The notes beneath the pieces are model-generated. The model saw only the letters and a program-made list of their open reading frames with translations, searched no databases and had not been told where the DNA came from. Positions 39,372 through 47,310 of a DNA stretch of 64,000 nucleotides are shown here, piece by piece. Position 1 is the stretch's first letter; every line of letters starts with the position of its first letter. This stretch comes from Polyangiaceae bacterium (GTDB lineage: Bacteria > Myxococcota_A > Polyangia > Polyangiales > Polyangiaceae): NCBI GenBank assembly GCA_035063585.1, contig JAPSGB010000008.1:192001-256000 (forward strand), given 5' to 3'. Position numbers and translations under genes: made by a program.

Positions 39372-41540
39372 TCACGATACGAACGGTGCAGCCAAGAGGC
39401 ATGCCACCGCGGTGAGCTTGATCAGGAGGTGCGCCGCGGGACCGATGGCGTGTCCGGCGAGCTCGGCGATGACGCCGCCGCTCACCGAAGCCGAGAAGCC
39501 CGACACGCTCCCGCGCGGGCGCGCCGCGCGGCGCGCTGCGACGAGCGTGCATCGAAGCCCGTCTGCGACGAGCGCCACGGCGAGCCCGGTGATGGTCGAG
39601 GTGACGGCAAATGCCGTGAGCGAGCTCGCCGCGACCCCGTCGTGGGCCGAGCGGGTGGCGAGCACCAGCGCGCCAGCGACGAGCGCGGGCACGAGCGCCG
39701 CCAACGAGACGGGGGGCAGCACTCCCTCTAGCGCGGTGCGGGTGGTGAGCTCGATGCAGGTTCGGTAGCTCGGAGTGTACTCTCGCGGCACCCTGGCGAT
39801 CCCGTGCTCGCGTGGGAATCCTCGGAGTTGCCGCTCGACCTCCAGGGCAACCGCCCGAGCGCCGCGCATGGCGGCTCGAGCGGCGCTGCCCGCGTACGCG
39901 AGCACCACCGCGGCCCCGAGCGCCGCGCTCCACGCCAGCGCTGGCGCGGCGACGCTGGCGAACCCCCGCGTCTGCTCGACCAAGCCGAGCGCGAGCGCGC
40001 CGGCGACGAGCAACGCGCTCGCAGAGCCCGAGATGATGAGATAAGGCTCCGCCATCGCGGCGGCCCCGACTCCGGCGTCGTCGAGGCGAGCCGTGCGCTT
40101 GTCGGCGTCAGCCGCGCCGGGCCCGAGCGTCATGGTGGCGACCCCGCGAGCGTTGTCCGCGATGGGGGCGAGGGCACCGAGCGCGAGCACGAACGGCGAG
40201 GCCGCGAGGGCCGCCATCAGCATGGTGACGCTCGCAACGAGCCCGCCGGACTCCAGACCCGACCCATCTCCGAGTCGCCACGCGACGACCGTTGCAGCAC
40301 CTGCCACGAGGATTGGAACCAGGGCCGCCGCGAGTCCCGAGCCGAGCCCGTACCCGATGGGCCCCGGCTCCCCCATGCGGAGCGACTCGAGGACGTCGCG
40401 GAGCGGAGTGAAGCGGCGTATCGCACGGTATCGCGCCGCGTAGGCCACCGCCCCGGTACCCGCGAGACCGAGGGCGCCGGCCGCGAAGAAGCGAGCCCAG
40501 TGCTGGTCTCCCAGGAGCCAGAACGAGGTTCCCGCGAGCGCCCCGAGCGTGACGAGCCCGGTGGTGGCGGCACCGCGGCGAAATGCCGCGTCGATGCTGC
40601 TCGGTTCGTCGGTGCGTACAGCCATCACGCCGAACGCCGAGGCGATCACCCCGAAGGCGTGAACCGCCAGCGGTAGCACCACGAGCGCGAGCATCCTGGC
40701 CGGCGCGTCCGGGCTCTTCGCGAGGAGCCGAGTGGCGAGCGCAACCGTCGCGACGCTAGCCACGGCGCATGAGACGAAGAGGTCGGCGACACGAACCGCG
40801 GCGTGGCCCACGTGGTCTCCGACGAAGTCAGCGACGACGGCGGGGTTCCTCGGATCGTCTCGCTCGAGCCCGGCGTCACGTTCGCCCGCCGTGTCGGCTC
40901 CGATCCGACTTGCGACGCGGAACGCCGCGCCGGCGCGCTGTAGGACGAGCGCCGCTCCGGCGGCGCCCACCGCGAACCCCGGCAGCAGCGAGGCGACTCG
41001 GGCGGCGAGCGCGGCCGCTTCCGCGGGTGCGAGCCCGAGCCCCCCCTTCATCGTGTAAACGAGAGCGAAGAAGCCGAGGACCCCGAGGGTCGAGAGCGCT
41101 TGCGCCGCGATGGCGGCCGCGCCGCTCGATCTGAGCGCGATGCCGAGCGCGCGATCCATGCTGATTCCGGCCGCGGCGACGGTGCGCGGGCTTGCCTCGA
41201 GCGTTCGCCGCTCAGCGAAGTGCGCCGCGAGCGACGCCAAGGCGGCGCCGGCCACGACCGCCAGCACCGTCCAGAAGGCGGACTCGAGACTCGCGGCTGG
41301 GCTCCCGCCGCGCGAGAGCGCCCCATGAACGATGAAGATGAGGACGCCCAGCCCCGCTGCGCCCAGCGCGGTCAGGCGGTGCTCACTCCATAAGAACTGG
41401 TCGGCTGCTCGCCGAATCGCCGCCATCAGGCGTCGTGATTCCGCTGATCCTGGATCCCTGTTCTTGACCCAGCGCGCCAGCGTCACGGCGAATGCCAGCC
41501 CGGCAACATTGATCGCGAGGATCAGACCGATTTCGATCAC
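39372..41540 (-). CDS. Divergent membrane-bound pyrophosphatase (HppA-like) homologue, catalytic motifs degenerate
   Basis: Polytopic 722 aa; retains DDPRNPAVVAD, PIADNA and GP..LLIK but other PPi/Mg-binding residues are replaced. Confidence 0.85.
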   Translation of the reverse strand: MIEIGLILAINVAGLAFAVTLARWVKNRDPGSAESRRLMAAIRRAADQFLWSEHRLTALGAAGLGVLIFIVHGALSRGGSPAASLESAFWTVLAVVAGAALASLAAHFAERRTLEASPRTVAAAGISMDRALGIALRSSGAAAIAAQALSTLGVLGFFALVYTMKGGLGLAPAEAAALAARVASLLPGFAVGAAGAALVLQRAGAAFRVASRIGADTAGERDAGLERDDPRNPAVVADFVGDHVGHAAVRVADLFVSCAVASVATVALATRLLAKSPDAPARMLALVVLPLAVHAFGVIASAFGVMAVRTDEPSSIDAAFRRGAATTGLVTLGALAGTSFWLLGDQHWARFFAAGALGLAGTGAVAYAARYRAIRRFTPLRDVLESLRMGEPGPIGYGLGSGLAAALVPILVAGAATVVAWRLGDGSGLESGGLVASVTMLMAALAASPFVLALGALAPIADNARGVATMTLGPGAADADKRTARLDDAGVGAAAMAEPYLIISGSASALLVAGALALGLVEQTRGFASVAAPALAWSAALGAAVVLAYAGSAARAAMRGARAVALEVERQLRGFPREHGIARVPREYTPSYRTCIELTTRTALEGVLPPVSLAALVPALVAGALVLATRSAHDGVAASSLTAFAVTSTITGLAVALVADGLRCTLVAARRAARPRGSVSGFSASVSGGVIAELAGHAIGPAAHLLIKLTAVACLLAAPFVS

Positions 41541-41783
41541 GGCGGTTTCTGGCGCCGGGCATCGTCTGCGCCACCATGGCGCGCGCGAGGAGCCTTTACC
41601 CCGTCGCTCTCGGTTCGCGGCACCCCCACGGACACCAGCGGATCGATCTCGGGGCTCGGCCGACCGCCACGAGGGCCGGGGCCGGGACGCTCCCTCGCAG
41701 AGAGCGACGAGCCTGACTCCGGCGTGTTAGCACGGCGCTTCGGGCCGGCGCAAGACCCCGTGAGGCGCGCCCAGCGCCTGGCG

Positions 41784-42371
41784 CTAGGGAATGCTCTTCG
41801 ACTGCATCACCATGAGGTGATACTTCCCGTACTCGCTCTGCCCGAGCGTCCAGAGCACCTCGACGAGCAGGCGATACGGGGTGGTCTCGTCGGCGATGAT
41901 GATGGCCTCGGACGGCCCCTTTCCGAGCCCCTTGGCCGCGCGGATGGCCTGGTCGGTCCGTCGCGCCGATTGGAGGGCGTTGCCGAGCGGCACGATGAAC
42001 AGATCGTTCGGGCCGCTCCGCTTGAAGCTCGCGCCAACTCCGGTCTGAACCAGGGATTCGCGCCCCGGCAGGTCGAGCACACGCTTGTCTCCGACCAAGA
42101 TTTGGCTCTTCGAGATCGTGACGACCGTCCCGTCCTGCGACGGCTGGGTATGGATCACCGAGGCGGGGAGCTTCAGGTCGTCGCTCTGCGGCACCGACGC
42201 GCTCGACTCCCCCAGCGCCTTCAGAAGGAAGACGAGGATGATGGTCATGATGTCGAGCATCGCGGTGATATTGAGGAAGTTGATCTCTGGTTCCCCGGCG
42301 CGCTTGCGCGCGACCCTGCGAAGCTCGGTCTTGAACTTGGCGGTCGAGGCCTTCGCCGCTGACGACGTCAT
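41784..42371 (-). CDS. ExbD/TolR family protein
   Basis: LNITAMLDIMTIILVFLL TM with Asp; IIADETTPY. Confidence 0.9.
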   Translation of the reverse strand: MTSSAAKASTAKFKTELRRVARKRAGEPEINFLNITAMLDIMTIILVFLLKALGESSASVPQSDDLKLPASVIHTQPSQDGTVVTISKSQILVGDKRVLDLPGRESLVQTGVGASFKRSGPNDLFIVPLGNALQSARRTDQAIRAAKGLGKGPSEAIIIADETTPYRLLVEVLWTLGQSEYGKYHLMVMQSKSIP

Positions 42372-42925
42372 TGCGACACCTTGAAGTTCACGTCGTCGAA
42401 CAGAGTGTCACCGGCAGCCGTCGCTCGGAGCGAATCCATCGCGCTGATGACCGTCTGGTAGTCGGTCCCCGGGTTGGCGCTGATGTAGACCTGGTTTTCG
42501 TCCTTGAAATCCGGGTTGGCGCCCTTGAGGTATGCGGCGCAGGCGGTGAGCGCGGCGTAGTCGTAGCGACCATTGGTCTTCGGGATGGAGATGCCCGCGC
42601 CGACACCGCGACATCCCGGCGCGACGTTGCCGCCGGATGCCTTGAGCGAGAAGCCGTCGTTCACGATGAGCACCGTCAGGTTGAGGGCCTCGCTCTGCAC
42701 GCTCTCGCGGACCCCGGCGCTCTTGCTGGCGGGAGGCGTGGTGTCGATCGTGGCGGTGAAGGTGACCGCGATGGTCGCCAGCACGAAGATGAGGATGTTC
42801 GTGATGATGTCGAGGAAGGGGACGATGTTGAGCTCCCCGCCCTCTTCGTCGGGCGAGAGCTCCCTCGGCTCGGTGAGCCGACGAATCTTGGCCCGCTGGG
42901 CCGCGCTGAGCTTGCCGCTCTCCAT
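42368..42925 (-). CDS. ExbD/TolR family protein
   Basis: ELNIVPFLDIITNILIFVL; YQTVISAMD. Confidence 0.9.
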   Translation of the reverse strand: MESGKLSAAQRAKIRRLTEPRELSPDEEGGELNIVPFLDIITNILIFVLATIAVTFTATIDTTPPASKSAGVRESVQSEALNLTVLIVNDGFSLKASGGNVAPGCRGVGAGISIPKTNGRYDYAALTACAAYLKGANPDFKDENQVYISANPGTDYQTVISAMDSLRATAAGDTLFDDVNFKVSQ

Positions 42926-42959
42926 GGGCTGACTGCTCGTAGGCCTCGGTCCGCCGGGC

Positions 42960-43634
42960 TTACTGGCCGCGCTGCTGCAGGGTCAGGAGGTTGAAGGTTC
43001 GCTCCATCGTGGTGTCGAGGTCGTGCTGGATGCCCTTCGCGCGCGTGTGAAGGATGATGTGAGTGATCATGCAGATCACGGCGATGCCGAGGCCGAGCGC
43101 CGTGTTGTACATGGCCTCGGCGATACCGTTCGAGAGCATGCTCTGCTTGTCGGCTTGCGACAGACCGGGCGCGGCGATCGAAGCGAACGTGCGGATCAGG
43201 CCGCTCACGGTACCGAGTAGCCCAATCAGGGTCGCGATGTTCGCGAGCGACCAGAGCGCTCCGATCCGCTTTTCCGCCTGGGGTTTCAACTCGGAGAGCT
43301 TCTCGCTGAGCGCCGCGTCGATCTCGTCGGGCCCCTTGTTCGCCTGCGTCAAGCCAGCCTTCACGAGCTGCAGGACGGGGTAGTCGCTCGCCTCACAGAG
43401 CTTGATCGCGCGGTCGATGTTGCCGGCGACGACCAGCTTTCGTACCTGGGCGAAGAACTCCTTCGAGTTCACACGGTAGCGGGTGAGCTGAAACGCAAAC
43501 CGCTCCACTACGATGGTCACCACCACCGCGGAGGTGATCAGGTTCAACACCATGAACGTGGGGTTCGTCTTGAACGCCTCGACGAGTTGGCTCGAACCGC
43601 CAGAACCCTCGGCTGCAAGGAGGAGGAGCTGCAT
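42960..43634 (-). CDS. MotA/TolQ/ExbB proton channel protein
   Basis: ANIATLIGLLGTVSGLI, GIAEAMYNTALGL. Confidence 0.93.
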   Translation of the reverse strand: MQLLLLAAEGSGGSSQLVEAFKTNPTFMVLNLITSAVVVTIVVERFAFQLTRYRVNSKEFFAQVRKLVVAGNIDRAIKLCEASDYPVLQLVKAGLTQANKGPDEIDAALSEKLSELKPQAEKRIGALWSLANIATLIGLLGTVSGLIRTFASIAAPGLSQADKQSMLSNGIAEAMYNTALGLGIAVICMITHIILHTRAKGIQHDLDTTMERTFNLLTLQQRGQ

Positions 43635-43714
43635 TCCGCTAATCCCTTTTTCTAGGTCCCTCTATGAATCGGCACCGCCTCGCGTCTGGACGACGCCGGG
43701 AGCGGAGCGTTCGG

Positions 43715-43744
43715 ACTATAGCCGCCGCGCGAGAGCCAGCGCAA
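43715..43744 (-). promoter_or_regulatory. Candidate sigma70 promoter of the leftward motor operon
   Basis: Minus strand TTGCGC-N18-TATAGT. Confidence 0.4.
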
Positions 43745-43995
43745 GAACACCTGCAACTCGGGCGCTACCATTTTCGACGCGGGCTCCGCGCGCGCGCCGG
43801 GGTCGCTCGAGCCCGGGCGGCGCCCGAGCGCGCGTCCGGTCGACCGGCGGAGGTTCGCGGCGGACGACCCGAGCGGCTCGCGCGACGTCGACGCTCGCGG
43901 GGCGACCGTCGCGTGTCCCGCGGTTCGCCCCGAACAGCACGGATTCCTGTAACTTTATGCTCAGGCGCTAATAGCGCGCGGTAACCCAATCCCTC

Positions 43996-44025
43996 TTGAC
44001 TCTGCGGGGTCTGCTTCAGCAAGAT
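43996..44025 (+). promoter_or_regulatory. Candidate sigma70 promoter of the aglRQS-like operon
   Basis: TTGACT-N18-CAAGAT about 130 nt upstream of ATG 44158. Confidence 0.4.
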
Positions 44026-44157
44026 TGGCCCCGGTCCGGGGTCGCGCTCGTGCGCGGTGAAGGACCGGCGAACCAAGTAGACGACATCGGCTCCGGTGGG
44101 AACCCCGCAGGGGAGACCCACGCCGAGTAACACAAGGATCCGGAAGGTAAACGAGCA

Positions 44158-44817
44158 ATGGCAAGTCTCTGGCACCACTTCCAGGCAGGCGGATGGGCGA
44201 TGTGGATCATCCTTTTCTGGCTGATCTGTACGATCGCCGTGATCGCCGAGCGCGCCGTCTACCTCTGGGGCGCGTCGATCAACAAGGACGTCTTCCTCGC
44301 CACCATGCAGAAGTGCATCCTTGCGGGCGACGTCGCCAAGGCCGTGAAGATGTGCTCCGCCGCGAACGCGCCGCTCGCGCGCATCGTGCAGGCGGGCCTG
44401 GTCAAGGTGAACCGCCCTGACGAGGAGGTCCAGGCAGCCATGGACGAGGCCGCGCTCCGCGAGATGCCTCGCATCAACAAGCGCACCGGCTACCTCGCCT
44501 TGTTCGCGAACCTCGCGATGTTGTCCGGGCTCTTCGGCACCATCGTCGGCCTCATCAAGGCGTTCGGCGCGGTCGGTGGCGAGTCGATCGATCCGAGCTC
44601 GAAGGCGCGCATTCTGGCGGAAGGCATCTCCGAGGCCATGAACTGCACCGCTTTCGGCCTCATCTCGGCCATCGCGGCGCTCATCGGCTTCGCGGTGCTG
44701 AACGGCAAGACGCAGGGTCTCGAGGATGACATCAACGAGGCCTCGGTGCAGGTGCTGAACCTGGTGGTCGCGAACCGTCAGAAGGTCAGCCTGGCCGGCC
44801 TCGAGCAGGCCGCTTGA
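44158..44817 (+). CDS. aglR: TolQ/MotA-like gliding motor subunit AglR
   Basis: ASINKDVFL, EEVQAAMDEAALRE..RTGYLA, GISEAMNCTAFGL match my recollection of M. xanthus AglR; R-Q-S gene order. Confidence 0.78.
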   Translation: MASLWHHFQAGGWAMWIILFWLICTIAVIAERAVYLWGASINKDVFLATMQKCILAGDVAKAVKMCSAANAPLARIVQAGLVKVNRPDEEVQAAMDEAALREMPRINKRTGYLALFANLAMLSGLFGTIVGLIKAFGAVGGESIDPSSKARILAEGISEAMNCTAFGLISAIAALIGFAVLNGKTQGLEDDINEASVQVLNLVVANRQKVSLAGLEQAA

Positions 44818-44898
44818 GTCTAGATTCGCCGGTAATCGGGGCGAGCCAACCGGGCTCGCCCCACCCCGGCAGGTGAACCAAGGTCCAACGGAGAAGAC

Positions 44899-45462
44899 AT
44901 GGCAGGTATCGACGTAGGCGGCGGACACGGCGGTAAGCGAGCGCAGAACCACGAAATCCCGCTAATCCCGTTCATCGACTTCCTGCTCTGCCTGGTCGCC
45001 TTCCTCCTGGTGACGGCGGTGTGGTCGCAGATGGCGCGCATCAACGCGGACGCCAGCGTCCCGGGGCCCCCGAACCCGGATCCGCCGACCGACCCGAAGA
45101 AGGAAAAGCAGCTCCATGTGGAGATGCGGGGCGAGCGCAAGTTCCAGCTCGTCTGGAAGGAAGGCAGCACGGTCGTGAACACCATCGACGTCGAGCGTAA
45201 GCCGGTGCCGATTGGGAACGCAGGTGACGTCACCTTCCCGGACCTGGCGAAGAAGGTCTCCGACGAGTGGACGCAGAACGGCTCGCACCGCGCGGCGTCC
45301 GACCCGAAGTTCGATCAGGCGGTGCTCCATACCGACAACTCCACACCGTTTCAGGACGTCGTCGCGGTCATCGACGCGATCTATACGCCTCAGCGTGAAG
45401 TGAAGCTGGGCGACAAGCTGCAGAAGATCCCCGCCTTCAACGTCACCTTCGCGGTGAACTGA
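44899..45462 (+). CDS. aglQ: TolR-like gliding motor subunit AglQ
   Basis: MAGIDVGGG..PFID (Asp27, comparable to AglQ D28)..TAVWSQ. Confidence 0.72.
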   Translation: MAGIDVGGGHGGKRAQNHEIPLIPFIDFLLCLVAFLLVTAVWSQMARINADASVPGPPNPDPPTDPKKEKQLHVEMRGERKFQLVWKEGSTVVNTIDVERKPVPIGNAGDVTFPDLAKKVSDEWTQNGSHRAASDPKFDQAVLHTDNSTPFQDVVAVIDAIYTPQREVKLGDKLQKIPAFNVTFAVN

Positions 45463-45467
45463 GCCCC

Positions 45468-46040
45468 ATGTCCGAGAAGCCGCTCTCCCGTTTCCACCAG
45501 CCGATTCAGGTACCTGGTCGTCGGCTGCTCCACAACATCAACCTCGGCTTCGTCCGCAAGAAGGTGTCTGGCGGCGGCGGTCGCGCGGTCAATCAGGAAA
45601 TCCCCCTGATCCCGTTCATCGACTTCCTGCTCTGCATCGTGCTCTTCCTGCTCGCGAGCTTCTCCGCGACCGGCGAGCTCCCGGTGGACAAGAACGTCAA
45701 GCTCCCCGCCGCGGAGAACGTCCTCGACATGGTCGACGCCCCGATGGTGGCCATCACGGGCACGCAGATCCTCGTGGATGGCCACGGCGCAGGCAGCACG
45801 CGAGCGATCGAAGAGGCGAACCGGCTACAGCGCATCGACGAGCTCTTCAACGTCCTCAAGAACAAGCGCGAGCTCTGGAAACAGCTGAACCCGGGCAAGC
45901 CGTTCCCCGGCGTCGCGGTCATCCAGTGCGATCGCCGCGTGCCGGCCCTGGTCGTGAAGAGCGTGTTCCAGACGGCGGCGTTTGCCGGGTATCCGAACGT
46001 CAGCTTCATGGTTCAGCGCCTCGGCAAGCCCGGGGAGTGA
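45468..46040 (+). CDS. aglS: TolR-like gliding motor subunit AglS
   Basis: IQVPGRR..PFID..IVLFLLASFSATGE; third gene of the triad. Confidence 0.72.
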   Translation: MSEKPLSRFHQPIQVPGRRLLHNINLGFVRKKVSGGGGRAVNQEIPLIPFIDFLLCIVLFLLASFSATGELPVDKNVKLPAAENVLDMVDAPMVAITGTQILVDGHGAGSTRAIEEANRLQRIDELFNVLKNKRELWKQLNPGKPFPGVAVIQCDRRVPALVVKSVFQTAAFAGYPNVSFMVQRLGKPGE

Positions 46041-46125
46041 TGACGCGCGCGCCGGACTGGCGCCGCGGTGCCGCGGCGCGCCGGCGCCCGAGCGCGTAGG
46101 GTCGAGGTAGCGAGGGTGGCGCGCT

Positions 46126-47238
46126 TTGGTGCGACGTAGCCTCAGAGACGAGCGCGAGCGAGGTCTACCGTCGCTGAACCAGGCTCGCGCGGAGCGGCGC
46201 CGCGCGATCGTCGCGGGCAAGGTGAAGGTGCCCGGCATGTCGCTGCAGTTTTGGCTGTGGGCGGCGGTGCTCTTGGCCGGGTTTGGGCTCGTCTACTTCA
46301 AGATCCAGCAGGGCAAGCTCGAGAGTCAGAAGGCGATGGTCATGGCGAAGCAACGCGCCATCGCCCAGTCCCTCGGCCCTCGAATCCTGCCCTTTCGCGA
46401 CCGTATCGAGGGGTTCGTCAAGGAGCTCGCCGGACCGTGGCAGAGTAGTCGGTTGGCGGCAGGCGCCGAGCTCGAGAAGGTCCGCAGCGCAGGCGGCGTC
46501 TACCTGAGGATCCGTCTGGCCAACGCCGAGACGCCCAAGGCGATCCGGAAGGCCGCGTCACGCTCACTGCATGATGGCTTCACCGCGTGCTTCTTCGCCC
46601 GGGAACGGGCGCCAGATCCCACGGTTGGCCCCAAGTGTCAGTCGCTGAGCGACTGCGGTCCGGGCCTGCTCTGCAACGAGTACGGGATCTGCGCGCCGCC
46701 CCCCGAGCCGTTCAACTTGCGGCTCGCGTACCGCGCGCTGCGCGTGCTCTCCACCGAGTGGACGGACGAGCTCCATCAGGCCACGAGCGATCTGGCGGTA
46801 GGCGCCTATGAGCGCGATCTCGAGCGGGTCACGCGCGAGGACGTGCCCATCGCCATCGAGCTCTTGACCCGCGCGCGCTACTTTACCGCGGTGCTCGACG
46901 AGGAGCCGGCGAAGGGGACGGCGACGCCGGACGGAGGCGCCGCGGACGAGACGGACGAAGAGCGTCTGCAGCGGGTCGCCCACCCGGCGCGCGTGGGGAT
47001 CTGGGATCTCCGGAGCGGCGCACAGATCCTGCGGTTGCGGGCGGTGGCCGGCGCCACGGTGATGCCGGTCGGGGAGCGCGTGGTGCGAGCGCCGGACATC
47101 GTCGCCGCGCAGCAGAGGCAGGTGAACAGCTGCGCGTTGGCCCTCGAGGTGCGAGGCGCGGCGGAGCGAGCGCGGGAGGAGCCCGCGGACGGCGGCGCCG
47201 GCGACGGCGCGGCGGTGACCGACGGCGCGGCTCGATAG
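46126..47238 (+). CDS. Membrane-anchored hypothetical protein with small Cys-rich motif
   Basis: TM FWLWAAVLLAGFGLVYF; CQSLSDCGPGLLCNEYGIC; start uncertain (TTG 46126 or ATG 46237). Confidence 0.75.
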   Translation: MVRRSLRDERERGLPSLNQARAERRRAIVAGKVKVPGMSLQFWLWAAVLLAGFGLVYFKIQQGKLESQKAMVMAKQRAIAQSLGPRILPFRDRIEGFVKELAGPWQSSRLAAGAELEKVRSAGGVYLRIRLANAETPKAIRKAASRSLHDGFTACFFARERAPDPTVGPKCQSLSDCGPGLLCNEYGICAPPPEPFNLRLAYRALRVLSTEWTDELHQATSDLAVGAYERDLERVTREDVPIAIELLTRARYFTAVLDEEPAKGTATPDGGAADETDEERLQRVAHPARVGIWDLRSGAQILRLRAVAGATVMPVGERVVRAPDIVAAQQRQVNSCALALEVRGAAERAREEPADGGAGDGAAVTDGAAR

Positions 47239-47310
47239 GGGCGCCACTACGAGCCGGGCCGCGCGCCGCGGTTCCATCCGCGCCTCACGGCGCGACGAGC
47301 TCGCATGGCG

